Below, one piece after another: positions 33,436 to 42,824 of a stretch of 64,000 nucleotides of DNA. The notes under the pieces were generated by a model. The model did no database searches. It saw only the letters and a list, made by a program, of their open reading frames with translations, and was not told the origin of the DNA. The position numbers and the translations under genes were made by a program. Numbering within the stretch: position 1 is the stretch's first letter; every line of letters begins with the position of its first letter. This DNA is from Candidatus Dormiibacterota bacterium. Its GTDB lineage: Bacteria > Chloroflexota > Dormibacteria > DASZGP01. The DNA is taken from assembly GCA_035938265.1 (NCBI GenBank), contig DASZHA010000009.1, positions 3,520 through 67,519 of the forward strand. Reading direction: 5' to 3'.

Positions 33436-34053
33436 TCAGGCCGGGACCGCGGCGCTGCTCTGGCAGAGGTCGAGGAAGTTGCGCAGGAGGTGGTGGCCGG
33501 CATCGGTCATGATCGACTCGGGGTGGAACTGGACCCCGGCGACGGGGTGCTCGCGGTGCTGCAGCCCCATGACCACCCGGCTGCCGTCGTCATCGGTCCA
33601 GGCGGTCACCTCGAGCGCCGCCGGCACCGAACCGGCCGCCACCACCAACGAGTGGTAACGCGTCGCGGTCAACGGGTTGGGCAGGCCGGTGAAGACGCCG
33701 CTGCTGTTGTGCTCGATGCTGGAAAGCTTGCCGTGCATCACCTTGGCGGCCCGCACGACCTCGGCGCCGTACGCCTCCCCGATGCACTGGTGGCCGAGGC
33801 ACACGCCCAGGATCGGGGTGGTGGGGCCCAGCTCGCGCACCAGGTCGGTGCTGATGCCGGCCTCGGCGGGGGTGCATGGCCCCGGCGATATCACGACCCC
33901 CAGTGGCGCCATGGCGACCACGTCCGCCAGGCTCAGGGCATCGTTGCGATAAACCACCGGTGACTCCCCCAGCTCGCCCAGGTACTGGACCAGGTTGTAG
34001 GTGAAGGAGTCGTAGTTGTCGATCACGAGGACACGGCGGCTCATCGGGCTCAC
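33436..34053 (-). CDS. trpG: anthranilate synthase component II (glutamine amidotransferase), not fused to TrpD
   Basis: VLVIDNYDSFTYNLVQYLGELG, GVCLGHQ catalytic Cys, HPES; 205 aa only. Confidence 0.9.
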   Translation of the reverse strand: MSPMSRRVLVIDNYDSFTYNLVQYLGELGESPVVYRNDALSLADVVAMAPLGVVISPGPCTPAEAGISTDLVRELGPTTPILGVCLGHQCIGEAYGAEVVRAAKVMHGKLSSIEHNSSGVFTGLPNPLTATRYHSLVVAAGSVPAALEVTAWTDDDGSRVVMGLQHREHPVAGVQFHPESIMTDAGHHLLRNFLDLCQSSAAVPA

Positions 34054-35606
34054 GGCAACCGGGGCTGGTGGGCCTGGGCGACCGCTCGGCGGAGGGCGGC
34101 CAGCTTGTTCTCGGTCTCGAGGAACTCCTCCTCGGGGGTGGAGTCGGCGACCACGCCGGCGGCGGCCTGCATGTAGGCGTACTGGTCCTTGACCACGACC
34201 GTGCGGATGGCGATGGCGGTGTCGAGGTTGCCGCCGAAGCCGACATAGCCGACGGCGCCGGCGTACACCCCGCGGGCGTCAGGCTCCATCTCGGCGATGA
34301 TCTCCATGGCCCTAATTTTAGGAGCGCCCGTCACCGTCCCCGCCGGGAAGCAGGCGCGCAGGGCGTCGAAGCTGGTGCAGCCCTCGGCCAGGGTCGCGGT
34401 AACGCGACTGACCAGGTGCATCACCGCGGAGTAGCGCTCGACGAACATCAGCTCCGGCACCTTGACGCTACCGGTGGCGGCGAAGCGGCCGACGTCGTTG
34501 CGCCCGAGGTCGACCAGCATCAGGTGCTCCGCCCGCTCCTTCTCGGACCCGATCAGCTCCTCCTCCATGGCCTGGTCGCGAGCCTCGTCACTGCCCCGCC
34601 GGCGGGTGCCGGCAATCGGCCGGTACTCCACCGCCCCGTCCTCGACGCGCACCAGGATCTCGGGCGACGTGCCCACGATGGCGGTGCCCCGCCGCCGCTC
34701 GCCGGCGTGGCCCGGCAGACGCAGGTAGTACATGTAGGGCGAGGGGTTGACGGTCCGAAGCACGCGGTAGAGGTAGAAGGGGTGCGCCGTCATCGGCACC
34801 TTCAGCCGCCGTGACACCTGGACCTGGAAGATGTCGCCGGCCAGGATGTACTCCTTGCAGCGCTCGACCTTGGCCATGAACTCGTCACGGCCGATGTTCC
34901 ACTCCCCGTCCGCGAGCTCCGCGCCCGCGTTCTCGCCGTCGTTCGACTGGGGGTAGTCCGGCCCGGGTGGCATGTCGCCACTGTCGAGGCGCGCCGCCAT
35001 CTCCTCCACCCTGCCCACCGCGGCGCTGTACGCGGCCTCGATGTCGGTGCCCGCCTCGACCCGGACATGGGAGATGATCGTCCGCCGGTGAAGCAGGTGG
35101 TCGAAGACCACCACGTTGTCGACCAGGAAGAAGACGCTCTCGGCGACGTCAACCGGGTCGGCACCGGGAGCGGGCAGCTGCTCGAAGTAGCGCGCCACCT
35201 CATACGCCAGGTAGCCCACCAGGCCACCGCGGAACCGCCCGGGCAGGTCGGCGGCGGGCGCCTGGCGCAGGCTCGAGATCATGCCCTCGAGGTAGGCGAT
35301 GGGATCGGTGAAGGCCTCAGTCTGGGTGCCGTCCTCGTCCTCCACCTGCGCGTCGCCGCCGCGCATCGTCACCGATGCCCGGGGAGGCCCGCTGATGAAC
35401 GAGTACCGGCCCAGGCGCTCCCCGCCCTCGACCGACTCCAGCAGGAAGCCGGGCCCATCGCCGTTGAGCCGCCAGTAGGCCGCCACCGGGGTCTCGGTGT
35501 CCGCCAGGTCGTGGCGATAAACCGGGATCAGGTTGTAGTCGCCGGCGAGGGCGCGCACCTCCTCCAGCGAAGGCACGATCGCCGCCCGCTCGGCCGTCGG
35601 GCTCAT
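34050..35606 (-). CDS. trpE: anthranilate synthase component I
   Basis: Chorismate-binding enzyme family (LLESVEGGERLGRYSF...IAGTRRRG...GAVGYVG). ATG at 35606 confirmed by reverse complement. Confidence 0.9.
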   Translation of the reverse strand: MSPTAERAAIVPSLEEVRALAGDYNLIPVYRHDLADTETPVAAYWRLNGDGPGFLLESVEGGERLGRYSFISGPPRASVTMRGGDAQVEDEDGTQTEAFTDPIAYLEGMISSLRQAPAADLPGRFRGGLVGYLAYEVARYFEQLPAPGADPVDVAESVFFLVDNVVVFDHLLHRRTIISHVRVEAGTDIEAAYSAAVGRVEEMAARLDSGDMPPGPDYPQSNDGENAGAELADGEWNIGRDEFMAKVERCKEYILAGDIFQVQVSRRLKVPMTAHPFYLYRVLRTVNPSPYMYYLRLPGHAGERRRGTAIVGTSPEILVRVEDGAVEYRPIAGTRRRGSDEARDQAMEEELIGSEKERAEHLMLVDLGRNDVGRFAATGSVKVPELMFVERYSAVMHLVSRVTATLAEGCTSFDALRACFPAGTVTGAPKIRAMEIIAEMEPDARGVYAGAVGYVGFGGNLDTAIAIRTVVVKDQYAYMQAAAGVVADSTPEEEFLETENKLAALRRAVAQAHQPRLP

Positions 35607-35613
35607 GGCAAGG

Positions 35614-36771
35614 TCACCGCTGACGACCGGCGACGTACTCCTTGATGCGCTCGACACCCTCCAACAGGTACGGGATGTCCTTGGCGTAGGAGAGGCGGAG
35701 GAAGCCCTTGCCCATGGCGCCAAATGCGGTACCAGCGAGGGTGGCCACCCCGGCCTCGCCCAGCAGGCCGTCGGCCAGCTCACGCTCACCGAGGCCGGTG
35801 CCGGTTACGTTGGGAAAGACGTAGAAGGCGCCACCTGGACGGTGGCAGTGGATCCCGGGGACGCCGTTGAGGGCGTCGACGACCGCGTCGCGCCGGGATC
35901 GGTATTCGTCCAGCATGCGGTTCACGGCGGCGTCCGACTCCGGCGCCTCCAGCGCGGTCATGGTGGCGACCTGGATGAACGCGGTGGCGCAGGAGCTGCT
36001 GTTGATCATCAGCGTCTCCATGGCGTGTATAAGCTCGGCCGGCGCCACCCCGATGCCCAGGCGCCAGCCGCACATCGCGTAGGCCTTGGAGAGGCCGTCC
36101 ATGACCACCGTCCGCTCCAGCATCCCGGGGAGGGACGTGATCGAAGGCACCGGCCCGTCGTAGGCGATCTGGCTGTAGATCTCGTCCGACACCACCCAGA
36201 GGTCGCGCTCGACCGCCAGCTCGGCCACCGCCTTGAGGTCGTCTTCGTGGAGGATGCCGCCAGTCGGGTTCTGGGGGGAGTTCAGGATCACCATCCGGGT
36301 GCGCCCGGTGACCAGGGCGGCAAGCTCGTCGGCGTCGAAGCGGAAGTCACTCTCCTCGCGCAGCGGCAAACTGACGGGAACGCCACCAAAGAAGCTGACC
36401 AGGGAGGAGTAGATGGGGTAGCCGGGGTCGGGCAGGATGACCTCGTCGCCCTCGTTGATCAGGGCCATGATCGCGAACATCAGGATGTTCTTGCTGCCCG
36501 GGGTCATGATCACCTGCTCGGCGGCGATCTCCTGGCCCATTCGGCGGCTGTAGTGCTCGGCGACCACCTTGCGCACCTCGGGGATGCCCCCCGAAGGCGT
36601 GTAGTGGGTGTATCCGTCCTCGATGGCGGCCTCGGCGGCGGCCACGATATGGGGTGGAGTGGCGAAATCGGGTTCGCCGATCTCAAGATGCAGGATCGAG
36701 CGTCCCTCGGCTTCCAGACGGTTCGCCCGGGCCAGCACTTCGAAGGCCGATTCGGTACCAAGTTGTGCCAT
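35614..36771 (-). CDS. class I/II PLP-dependent (aspartate/aromatic) aminotransferase
   Basis: GEPDFATPPHI...SGGIPEVR...SKAYAMCGWRLG (PLP-lysine SKAY motif). Alternative ATG at 36789. 7 bp upstream of trpE. Confidence 0.8.
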   Translation of the reverse strand: MAQLGTESAFEVLARANRLEAEGRSILHLEIGEPDFATPPHIVAAAEAAIEDGYTHYTPSGGIPEVRKVVAEHYSRRMGQEIAAEQVIMTPGSKNILMFAIMALINEGDEVILPDPGYPIYSSLVSFFGGVPVSLPLREESDFRFDADELAALVTGRTRMVILNSPQNPTGGILHEDDLKAVAELAVERDLWVVSDEIYSQIAYDGPVPSITSLPGMLERTVVMDGLSKAYAMCGWRLGIGVAPAELIHAMETLMINSSSCATAFIQVATMTALEAPESDAAVNRMLDEYRSRRDAVVDALNGVPGIHCHRPGGAFYVFPNVTGTGLGERELADGLLGEAGVATLAGTAFGAMGKGFLRLSYAKDIPYLLEGVERIKEYVAGRQR

Positions 36772-36830
36772 GCGAGCGGCCCACCTCATTGTCAGGCCGA
36801 TTCTAATCGGCCAATATGGGCGGAGTTCCA

Positions 36831-39077
36831 ATGGGCAAACTCGGCAGAACACGATTGGTCGAGCGGCTCTGGTCAGCGAGAACCTCGACCAAAGTGCTGC
36901 TCTTCTTCATATTCGCCAGCCTCATACCCCTGTATGGGCTCGTGGCGCTGACGGACCGCGCCAACTCCTCCATCTTGCGTGCCCAGCAGCTGGAGAACCT
37001 GACAAATCGCTCGGTCTCCCTCTCGGCCCAGATCGACGACCAGCTGGGCACCTGGAGCGCCAACTCCAAGCAGCTGGCCCAGGACCCGCAGACGGTCCGC
37101 TTCCTGGGCCACGACCCCGCGGCTTCCCCGGACGACATGGTCAACGCCCTCCGCCGTGCCCAGGGGTCCGACCCCAGCTTCAAAGCCACCTTCCTGCTCG
37201 ATCCCGGTGGGGCGGTGGTGGCCAGCTCCGACCCGGCGTTCGATGGAAGCCGCGAGCTGGCCGGGACGCAGATGTTCGAGCAGCCCAAGGCCGGCAACCA
37301 GTACATCTCCGACCTCACCATCGGCAAGGCGGCACCAGTGCCCGGCATCTACTTCACGTCGCCCGTCCGGGACGCCGTGGGCACCGTGGTCGGGGTCGCC
37401 GGGCTGCGCGCAGCCCCGGACAAGCTCTTCGGCTTCTTCCGCACCGACCTCCTCGGCCAGCAGCGCTACGCCATGCTGATGGACCAGTACGGCATCATCA
37501 TCGGCACCTCGGGGACCCAGCAGGCCCTGTACCACGCCCTGGCGCCGCTCAACGACACCCAGCAGCAGGTGCTGCGCCAGAACCAGAGCTTTGGCAACGC
37601 CCCGGTGTCCGACCTGGGCATGACCGACCTCGCCGACCGCCTCCAGGGGCAAAAGAGCGCGGGCAGCACGACCGGTTTCTTCAAGCCCACCAACCAGCAG
37701 ACGGTGTTCGGGTTCGCACCGCTGTCGACGGAGCCCTGGCAGATCGTGGTGGCCCAGCCGGAGGCGGCCTTCCTGGCGCCGATTGACCAGTCGCGCAACA
37801 ACACCATCGGCTTCACCACCGTCGCCGCGGCGATCATCATCGCCGTCATCTACGTGGTGGCGCGGGCATTCGAGCGGACCGAGCGGCAGTCGCTCACCGA
37901 CGCCCTGACGGGGCTCCCCAACCGCCGCTACTTCCACGACATCCTCGACCGGGAGCTGATCCGGAGCCAGCGCAACAGCCGCCCGCTGAGCCTGATCAAC
38001 GTGGACCTCGACCACTTCAAAGCGGTCAACGACGAATACGGCCACAGCAAGGGCGACGAGATCCTGCGTGCCTTCGCCAAGGTGCTCAAGGAGCAGGTGC
38101 GCTCCATAGATCTCCCCGTCCGCTATGGCGGCGAGGAATTCCTAGTGCTCCTCCCCGACACCGACAAGGAGGGGGCGGTGATGGTGGCGGAGAAGATACG
38201 CCGCGCCGCCGACCGCCTCTCCATCCCCCGGCTGGGCAGCATGCCCGGGCGCAAGGTCACGGTCTCGGCCGGGATCGCCACCCACCCCAACGACTCACTG
38301 GCCGGCGAGGAGCTGGTTCGCTGCTCCGACCAGGCGATGTACCTGGCCAAGAACCTGGGGCGAAACCAGGTCATCGGCTACGGCATGGAGTCCAGCATCA
38401 ACGTGCTTGCCCGCAACCCCGAGAAGGTCCACCTCCTGGTCCAGAACGCCAACAAGGCCACCATCGAGGCCCTGGCGGCGGCCATCGACGCCCGCGATAC
38501 CTACACCCACGGCCACTCGCACCGCGTCGCCGACTATGCCCGCATCATCGCCACCGAGCTGGAGGAGGTCGAGGAGATCGACATGGAGAACCTCCACCTC
38601 GGTGCCCTGCTCCATGACGTCGGCAAGATCGGCATCTCCGACCAGCTGCTGCGCAAGCCCAGCAAGCTGACGCCCCAGGAGTTCGAGGTCGTCAAGAGCC
38701 ACGTCCAGATCGGCTATGAGATGGTGCAGGGGGTCGAGTTCCTGCGCAACATCGGGCCGATCATCCTCCACCACCACGAGAACTTCGGCGGGGGCGGCTA
38801 TCCCAACGGCATGCAGGGCAAGGCCATCCCGGTGGAGTCGCGGATCATCATGGTCAGCGACGCCTTCGACGCCATGACCAGCACCCGCACCTACCGCAAG
38901 GCCGGTCCAGTGGAGCACGCCCTCGAGGAGCTGACCAAGCACGAGGGTCGGCAGTTCGACCCCGACGTGGTCGAATCCCTCAAGCGAGCCGTGCGTAAGG
39001 GCAAGCTCAAGCTCCTCAGCCAGCCCCCCGCCACCGCGGCCCAGATGGAGATGAGGGCCGCCGAGGGGGGCGCCTAG
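36831..39077 (+). CDS. membrane sensor: Cache-like periplasmic domain - GGDEF diguanylate cyclase - HD-GYP phosphodiesterase
   Basis: Two TM segments flank an approximately 290-aa periplasmic region. I-site RSID and active site GGEEF are present. HD-GYP motifs HSHRVADYA, LLHDVGK and HHHENFGGGGYPNG are present. Confidence 0.8.
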   Translation: MGKLGRTRLVERLWSARTSTKVLLFFIFASLIPLYGLVALTDRANSSILRAQQLENLTNRSVSLSAQIDDQLGTWSANSKQLAQDPQTVRFLGHDPAASPDDMVNALRRAQGSDPSFKATFLLDPGGAVVASSDPAFDGSRELAGTQMFEQPKAGNQYISDLTIGKAAPVPGIYFTSPVRDAVGTVVGVAGLRAAPDKLFGFFRTDLLGQQRYAMLMDQYGIIIGTSGTQQALYHALAPLNDTQQQVLRQNQSFGNAPVSDLGMTDLADRLQGQKSAGSTTGFFKPTNQQTVFGFAPLSTEPWQIVVAQPEAAFLAPIDQSRNNTIGFTTVAAAIIIAVIYVVARAFERTERQSLTDALTGLPNRRYFHDILDRELIRSQRNSRPLSLINVDLDHFKAVNDEYGHSKGDEILRAFAKVLKEQVRSIDLPVRYGGEEFLVLLPDTDKEGAVMVAEKIRRAADRLSIPRLGSMPGRKVTVSAGIATHPNDSLAGEELVRCSDQAMYLAKNLGRNQVIGYGMESSINVLARNPEKVHLLVQNANKATIEALAAAIDARDTYTHGHSHRVADYARIIATELEEVEEIDMENLHLGALLHDVGKIGISDQLLRKPSKLTPQEFEVVKSHVQIGYEMVQGVEFLRNIGPIILHHHENFGGGGYPNGMQGKAIPVESRIIMVSDAFDAMTSTRTYRKAGPVEHALEELTKHEGRQFDPDVVESLKRAVRKGKLKLLSQPPATAAQMEMRAAEGGA

Positions 39078-39142
39078 GCAGCAGGCGGCGGGGTGAGGCG
39101 CGGCGATTGCCTATCGTTGGTTAGGCTGCTGGCTATTCTTAC

Positions 39143-41044
39143 TTGATGGCTCTAGCTGAGGCGACCGAGAAGGCCGCCGCCAAACACGACCCGGTAACCA
39201 ACGACTTCACCTTCCAGGCGGCCACCATCAACGGCTCCGGGAGCCAGACCTCCAACCTGATCCTCACCCGAGCTCTCTTCTCGATGGGCATCCCGGTGGC
39301 CCCCAAGAACGTCTTCCCCTCCAACATCGAGGGGCTGCCGACGTGGTTCAACATCCGGGTTTCGCCGCAGGGATACCAGTGCGTCAAGGGCGATGTCGAC
39401 GTGCTCGTCGCGCTCAACCCCACCACCTGGCAGCGCGACATCCACGGCGCCAACGCCAATGCCGCCGTCATCCATGAGGAGAGCTACCCGGTCACCGGAA
39501 ACATGCAGCGTGACGACGTCTTCTACTACGCGGTCCCCTTCCACCGGCTGGGCCAGGAGAACATCGACAACCCCGACCTGCGCAAGTACCTGACCAACAT
39601 GATCTATGTGGGCGCCGTCGCCTGGGCCCTGGACATCCCCATGGACGTGATCGAGGCGGCCACCGTCGGCCAGTTCAAGACCAAGCCCAAGGCCGTGCCC
39701 CTGAACATGAAGTCGATCCAGGTTGGCTTCGACTACTGCAAGGAGCACCACACCAAGCAGGACCCGTACCGGGTTGCGCCGATGAAGGGCAAGACGGAGG
39801 GCAAGATCCTGATCGAGGGCAACGACGCCCTCGCCCTCGGGGCCGTCATGGGCGGCTGCACGGTGGGCGCGTGGTACCCGATCACGCCGAGCTCGAGCGT
39901 CTTCGACTACATGGAGCAGCACGCCAAGCGGTTCCGCACCGACGCCGAGACGGGCGAGCGCAACATCGCGATCGTCCAGGCCGAGGACGAGCTGGCGGCC
40001 GCCGGTATCACCATCGGCGCCGGCTGGGCGGGGGCGCGGGCGATGACCGCGACGTCCGGCCCAGGGCTCTCGCTGATGGCGGAGTTCGCCGGGCTCGCCT
40101 ACTACGCCGAGGTGCCGGCGGTGATCGCCGACATCCAGCGCATCGGACCCTCGACCGGGCTGCCGACGCGGACGTCGCAGGGTGACATTCAGTTCGCCCA
40201 CCTGCTCTCCCACGGCGACACCAAGCACGTGCTCCTCATCCCCGCCACCGCCGAGGAGTGCTATGAGTTTGGCCAACTGGCCTTCGACCTCGCCGACCGG
40301 CTGCAGACCGTGATCTTCGTCATGAGCGACCTGGACCTGGGCATGAACCTCTGGATGTCGCCCCCGTTCAAGTACCCCGAGCGCAAGTTCGACCGGGGCA
40401 AGGTGCTCTCCGCCAAGGACCTCGACCGGGTGCAGGAGTGGGGCCGCTACCGCGATGTCGACGACGATGGCATCGGCTGGCGCACCCTGCCCGGCACCAA
40501 CCATCCCCGCGCCGGATATTTCACCCGCGGCTCGGGCCACGACGAGAACGCCCTCTACACCGAGCTACCCGAGGTCTACGAGCGGGTGATGGACCGCCTC
40601 AAGAAGAAGTACCGCACCGCCCGTCGCTACATGCCGCCGGCGATCATCGAAGGCACCGGCAATAAGGTCGGCATCATCGCCTACGGCACCAGCCACCACG
40701 CCATGGTCGAGGCCCGCGACCAGCTCTCCGAGCAGGGCCTCGAGACCGACTACTGCCGGGTACGTTCAATCCCGTTCCCGCAGGACGTGCTCCGCTTCAT
40801 CGCCCGCCACGAGCGCGTATACGTCGTCGACCAGAACCGCGACGGCCAGATGTACGACCTCCTGCGGCTGACGATGAACGCGGCCCAGGACACGCTCCTG
40901 TCCGTCCGGCATTACGACGGCACCCCGATCCCGGCGCGCGCCATCGTCGAGCCCATCCTGATCGACCAGGGCCTGGCCTCGGTCCACGACTTCGAGCGAC
41001 CCAAGGAGGTCTATGCCCTCCCGGTTGAGGGAGCCAACACATGA
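39143..41044 (+). CDS. korA: 2-oxoacid (2-oxoglutarate):ferredoxin oxidoreductase alpha subunit
   Basis: FQAATINGSGSQTSNLILTRALFSMGIPVAPKNVFPSNIEG is the OFOR gamma/alpha fused subunit as in mycobacterial KorA; 633 aa. Confidence 0.85.
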   Translation: MMALAEATEKAAAKHDPVTNDFTFQAATINGSGSQTSNLILTRALFSMGIPVAPKNVFPSNIEGLPTWFNIRVSPQGYQCVKGDVDVLVALNPTTWQRDIHGANANAAVIHEESYPVTGNMQRDDVFYYAVPFHRLGQENIDNPDLRKYLTNMIYVGAVAWALDIPMDVIEAATVGQFKTKPKAVPLNMKSIQVGFDYCKEHHTKQDPYRVAPMKGKTEGKILIEGNDALALGAVMGGCTVGAWYPITPSSSVFDYMEQHAKRFRTDAETGERNIAIVQAEDELAAAGITIGAGWAGARAMTATSGPGLSLMAEFAGLAYYAEVPAVIADIQRIGPSTGLPTRTSQGDIQFAHLLSHGDTKHVLLIPATAEECYEFGQLAFDLADRLQTVIFVMSDLDLGMNLWMSPPFKYPERKFDRGKVLSAKDLDRVQEWGRYRDVDDDGIGWRTLPGTNHPRAGYFTRGSGHDENALYTELPEVYERVMDRLKKKYRTARRYMPPAIIEGTGNKVGIIAYGTSHHAMVEARDQLSEQGLETDYCRVRSIPFPQDVLRFIARHERVYVVDQNRDGQMYDLLRLTMNAAQDTLLSVRHYDGTPIPARAIVEPILIDQGLASVHDFERPKEVYALPVEGANT

Positions 41045-42309
41045 GCGCGCAGCGGGGCAGGGACGGCGGCAAGCACGACCACAGCGACAGCGAGCCCGAC
41101 AAGGCCAACATGGAGGCACCGGAGAACACGCCCCGCGTCGATGCCAGCCAGATCCAGGCCGGGCAGAGGCCACCCGACGAGGGCCGGCGTCGTGAGGAGT
41201 CTGCTTCCCGGGGCTCGACCAGTGGCACCAGCCAGGACTCGGGCGACGACCAGGACGGCGCGGTAGCCGTCGCCGAGAAGCCCGCCGCCAACGGCAACAA
41301 CCGGATCGGGCTCAAGCGCGACGACTACAAGGGGGCGTCGACCACGCTGTGCGCCGGCTGCGGCCACAACGCGATCACCAACCACATCGTGAGGGCCTTC
41401 TACGAGTACGGGGTGGAGCCCTACCGGCTGGCCAAGATGAGTGGGATCGGCTGCTCCTCCAAGGCGCCGGCTTACTTCGTCAGCCAGGCGCATGGCTTCA
41501 ACGCCGTCCACGGCCGGATGCCGTCGGTCGCCACCGGCGCCAAGCTGGCTGACCGCGAGCTGATCGCCATCGGCGTCAGCGGCGACGGCGACACCGCCTC
41601 GATCGGCCTGGGCCAGTTCTGCCACATGATCCGGCGCAACCTCAACATGGTCTACATCTGCGAGAACAACGGGGTCTACGGGCTGACCAAGGGCCAGTTC
41701 TCGGCCACCTCGGAGATGGGCAGCAAGGCCAAGACCGGCGAGGTCAACCCCTTCGAGAGCATCGACATCTGCGGGCTCGCCATCGAGCTCGGGTGCACGT
41801 TCGTGGCGCGCTCGTTCTCCGGCGACGGCAAGCAGGTGGTGCCGCTGATCGAGGCGGCGCTGGCCCACCGCGGCACGGCGGTCCTGGACATCATCAGCCC
41901 CTGCGTCACCTTCAACGACCATGAGGGCTCGACCAAGAGCTACAAGTACGTCAAGGAGCACGACATCGCCCTCCAGGACCTGGACTTCATCCCCTTCTTC
42001 GAGAACATCGAAGCCGACTACGACGAGGGCACCACCACCGAGATCGAGCTCCATGACGGCTCCAAGATCGTCCTCCGCAAGCTGGCTCACGGCGAGCACA
42101 ACCCGCGCAGCCGCCAGGACGCCATGCGGGTGATCCACGAGGCTCGGGAGAAGGGCGAGATCCTCACCGGCATGATCTTCATCGACGCCGTGCACCCCGA
42201 CCTGGCCAGCATCGAGCGCATCCCCACGCGGCCACTGCGGGACTTCACCGAGACTGAGCTCCGCCCTAGCCGGCCGGAGTTCGCAGAGCTGATGAAGGAC
42301 TACGCCTAA
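41041..42309 (+). CDS. korB: 2-oxoacid:ferredoxin oxidoreductase beta subunit (TPP-binding) with long N-terminal low-complexity extension
   Basis: CAGCGHNAI...GIGCSS...GDGDTASIGLGQ TPP motifs. ATGA coupling to korA. The first approximately 100 aa are acidic and Ser-rich. Confidence 0.85.
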   Translation: MSAQRGRDGGKHDHSDSEPDKANMEAPENTPRVDASQIQAGQRPPDEGRRREESASRGSTSGTSQDSGDDQDGAVAVAEKPAANGNNRIGLKRDDYKGASTTLCAGCGHNAITNHIVRAFYEYGVEPYRLAKMSGIGCSSKAPAYFVSQAHGFNAVHGRMPSVATGAKLADRELIAIGVSGDGDTASIGLGQFCHMIRRNLNMVYICENNGVYGLTKGQFSATSEMGSKAKTGEVNPFESIDICGLAIELGCTFVARSFSGDGKQVVPLIEAALAHRGTAVLDIISPCVTFNDHEGSTKSYKYVKEHDIALQDLDFIPFFENIEADYDEGTTTEIELHDGSKIVLRKLAHGEHNPRSRQDAMRVIHEAREKGEILTGMIFIDAVHPDLASIERIPTRPLRDFTETELRPSRPEFAELMKDYA

Positions 42310-42354
42310 CCCGAGAAGGGCCGCGCCGGGCCATCTGTAAAATTGCAGGTTCGT

Positions 42355-42441
42355 GCCGCCCTGGTGGAATTGGTAGACACGCAACGTTCAGGGCGTTGTG
42401 AGCGCATGCTCGTGGAGGTTCGAGTCCTCTGGGCGGCACCA
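42355..42441 (+). tRNA. tRNA-Leu (anticodon CAG), type II with long variable arm, CCA encoded
   Basis: GCCGCCC acceptor stem pairs with GGGCGGC. The D-arm reads GGAAUUGGUAGA. The anticodon loop UUCAGGG gives CAG. A long variable arm and T-loop GGTTCGAGTCC are present. Near-identical layout to E. coli tRNA-Leu(CAG). Confidence 0.85.
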
Positions 42442-42489
42442 AACTGAGCGCACGCGGCGCAGTCCGCAGACGGGATGGGCCCTGCCGCC

Positions 42490-42759
42490 TTAGCCGAACT
42501 TGATGTTCGCGACGGAGACCAGGACGAAGACCAGGGTCAGGCCGATGGTGATCTGGAAGAGCGTCCGCTCCAGGCCGCGCTTGGTGCGGTAGCCACCGCC
42601 ACTGTCGCCGCTGCCGCCACCGATGGTGCCGCCCAGGCCGCTGGTCGACTTGGGCGTCTGCAATAGCACCGAGACGATCAGCAGGATCCCCGTCACCAGC
42701 TGGATGACCTGGAGGACGGTGTGCAGCGGGAAGTTCTTCACGAGCGCCAAAGCTACCAC
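42490..42759 (-). CDS. secG: preprotein translocase subunit SecG
   Basis: TM helix, then Gly-rich loop (SGLGGTIGGGSGDSGGGY), then a second TM helix; about 85 aa. The GTG/TTG start near 42750-42759 is uncertain. Confidence 0.65.
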   Translation of the reverse strand: MVALALVKNFPLHTVLQVIQLVTGILLIVSVLLQTPKSTSGLGGTIGGGSGDSGGGYRTKRGLERTLFQITIGLTLVFVLVSVANIKFG

Positions 42760-42824
42760 AGGTCGACCCGGGCGCCAGCCGACACGGCGGTGATATTGCG
42801 GGCGCAGATATACTTGTTGGTGGT

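Noticed and set aside
33436-34053. Possible TrpG-TrpD fusion that would explain the missing trpD
   Set aside because: TrpG is only 205 aa and ends with an ordinary amidotransferase C-terminus. The next gene is trpC, so there is no hidden TrpD domain.
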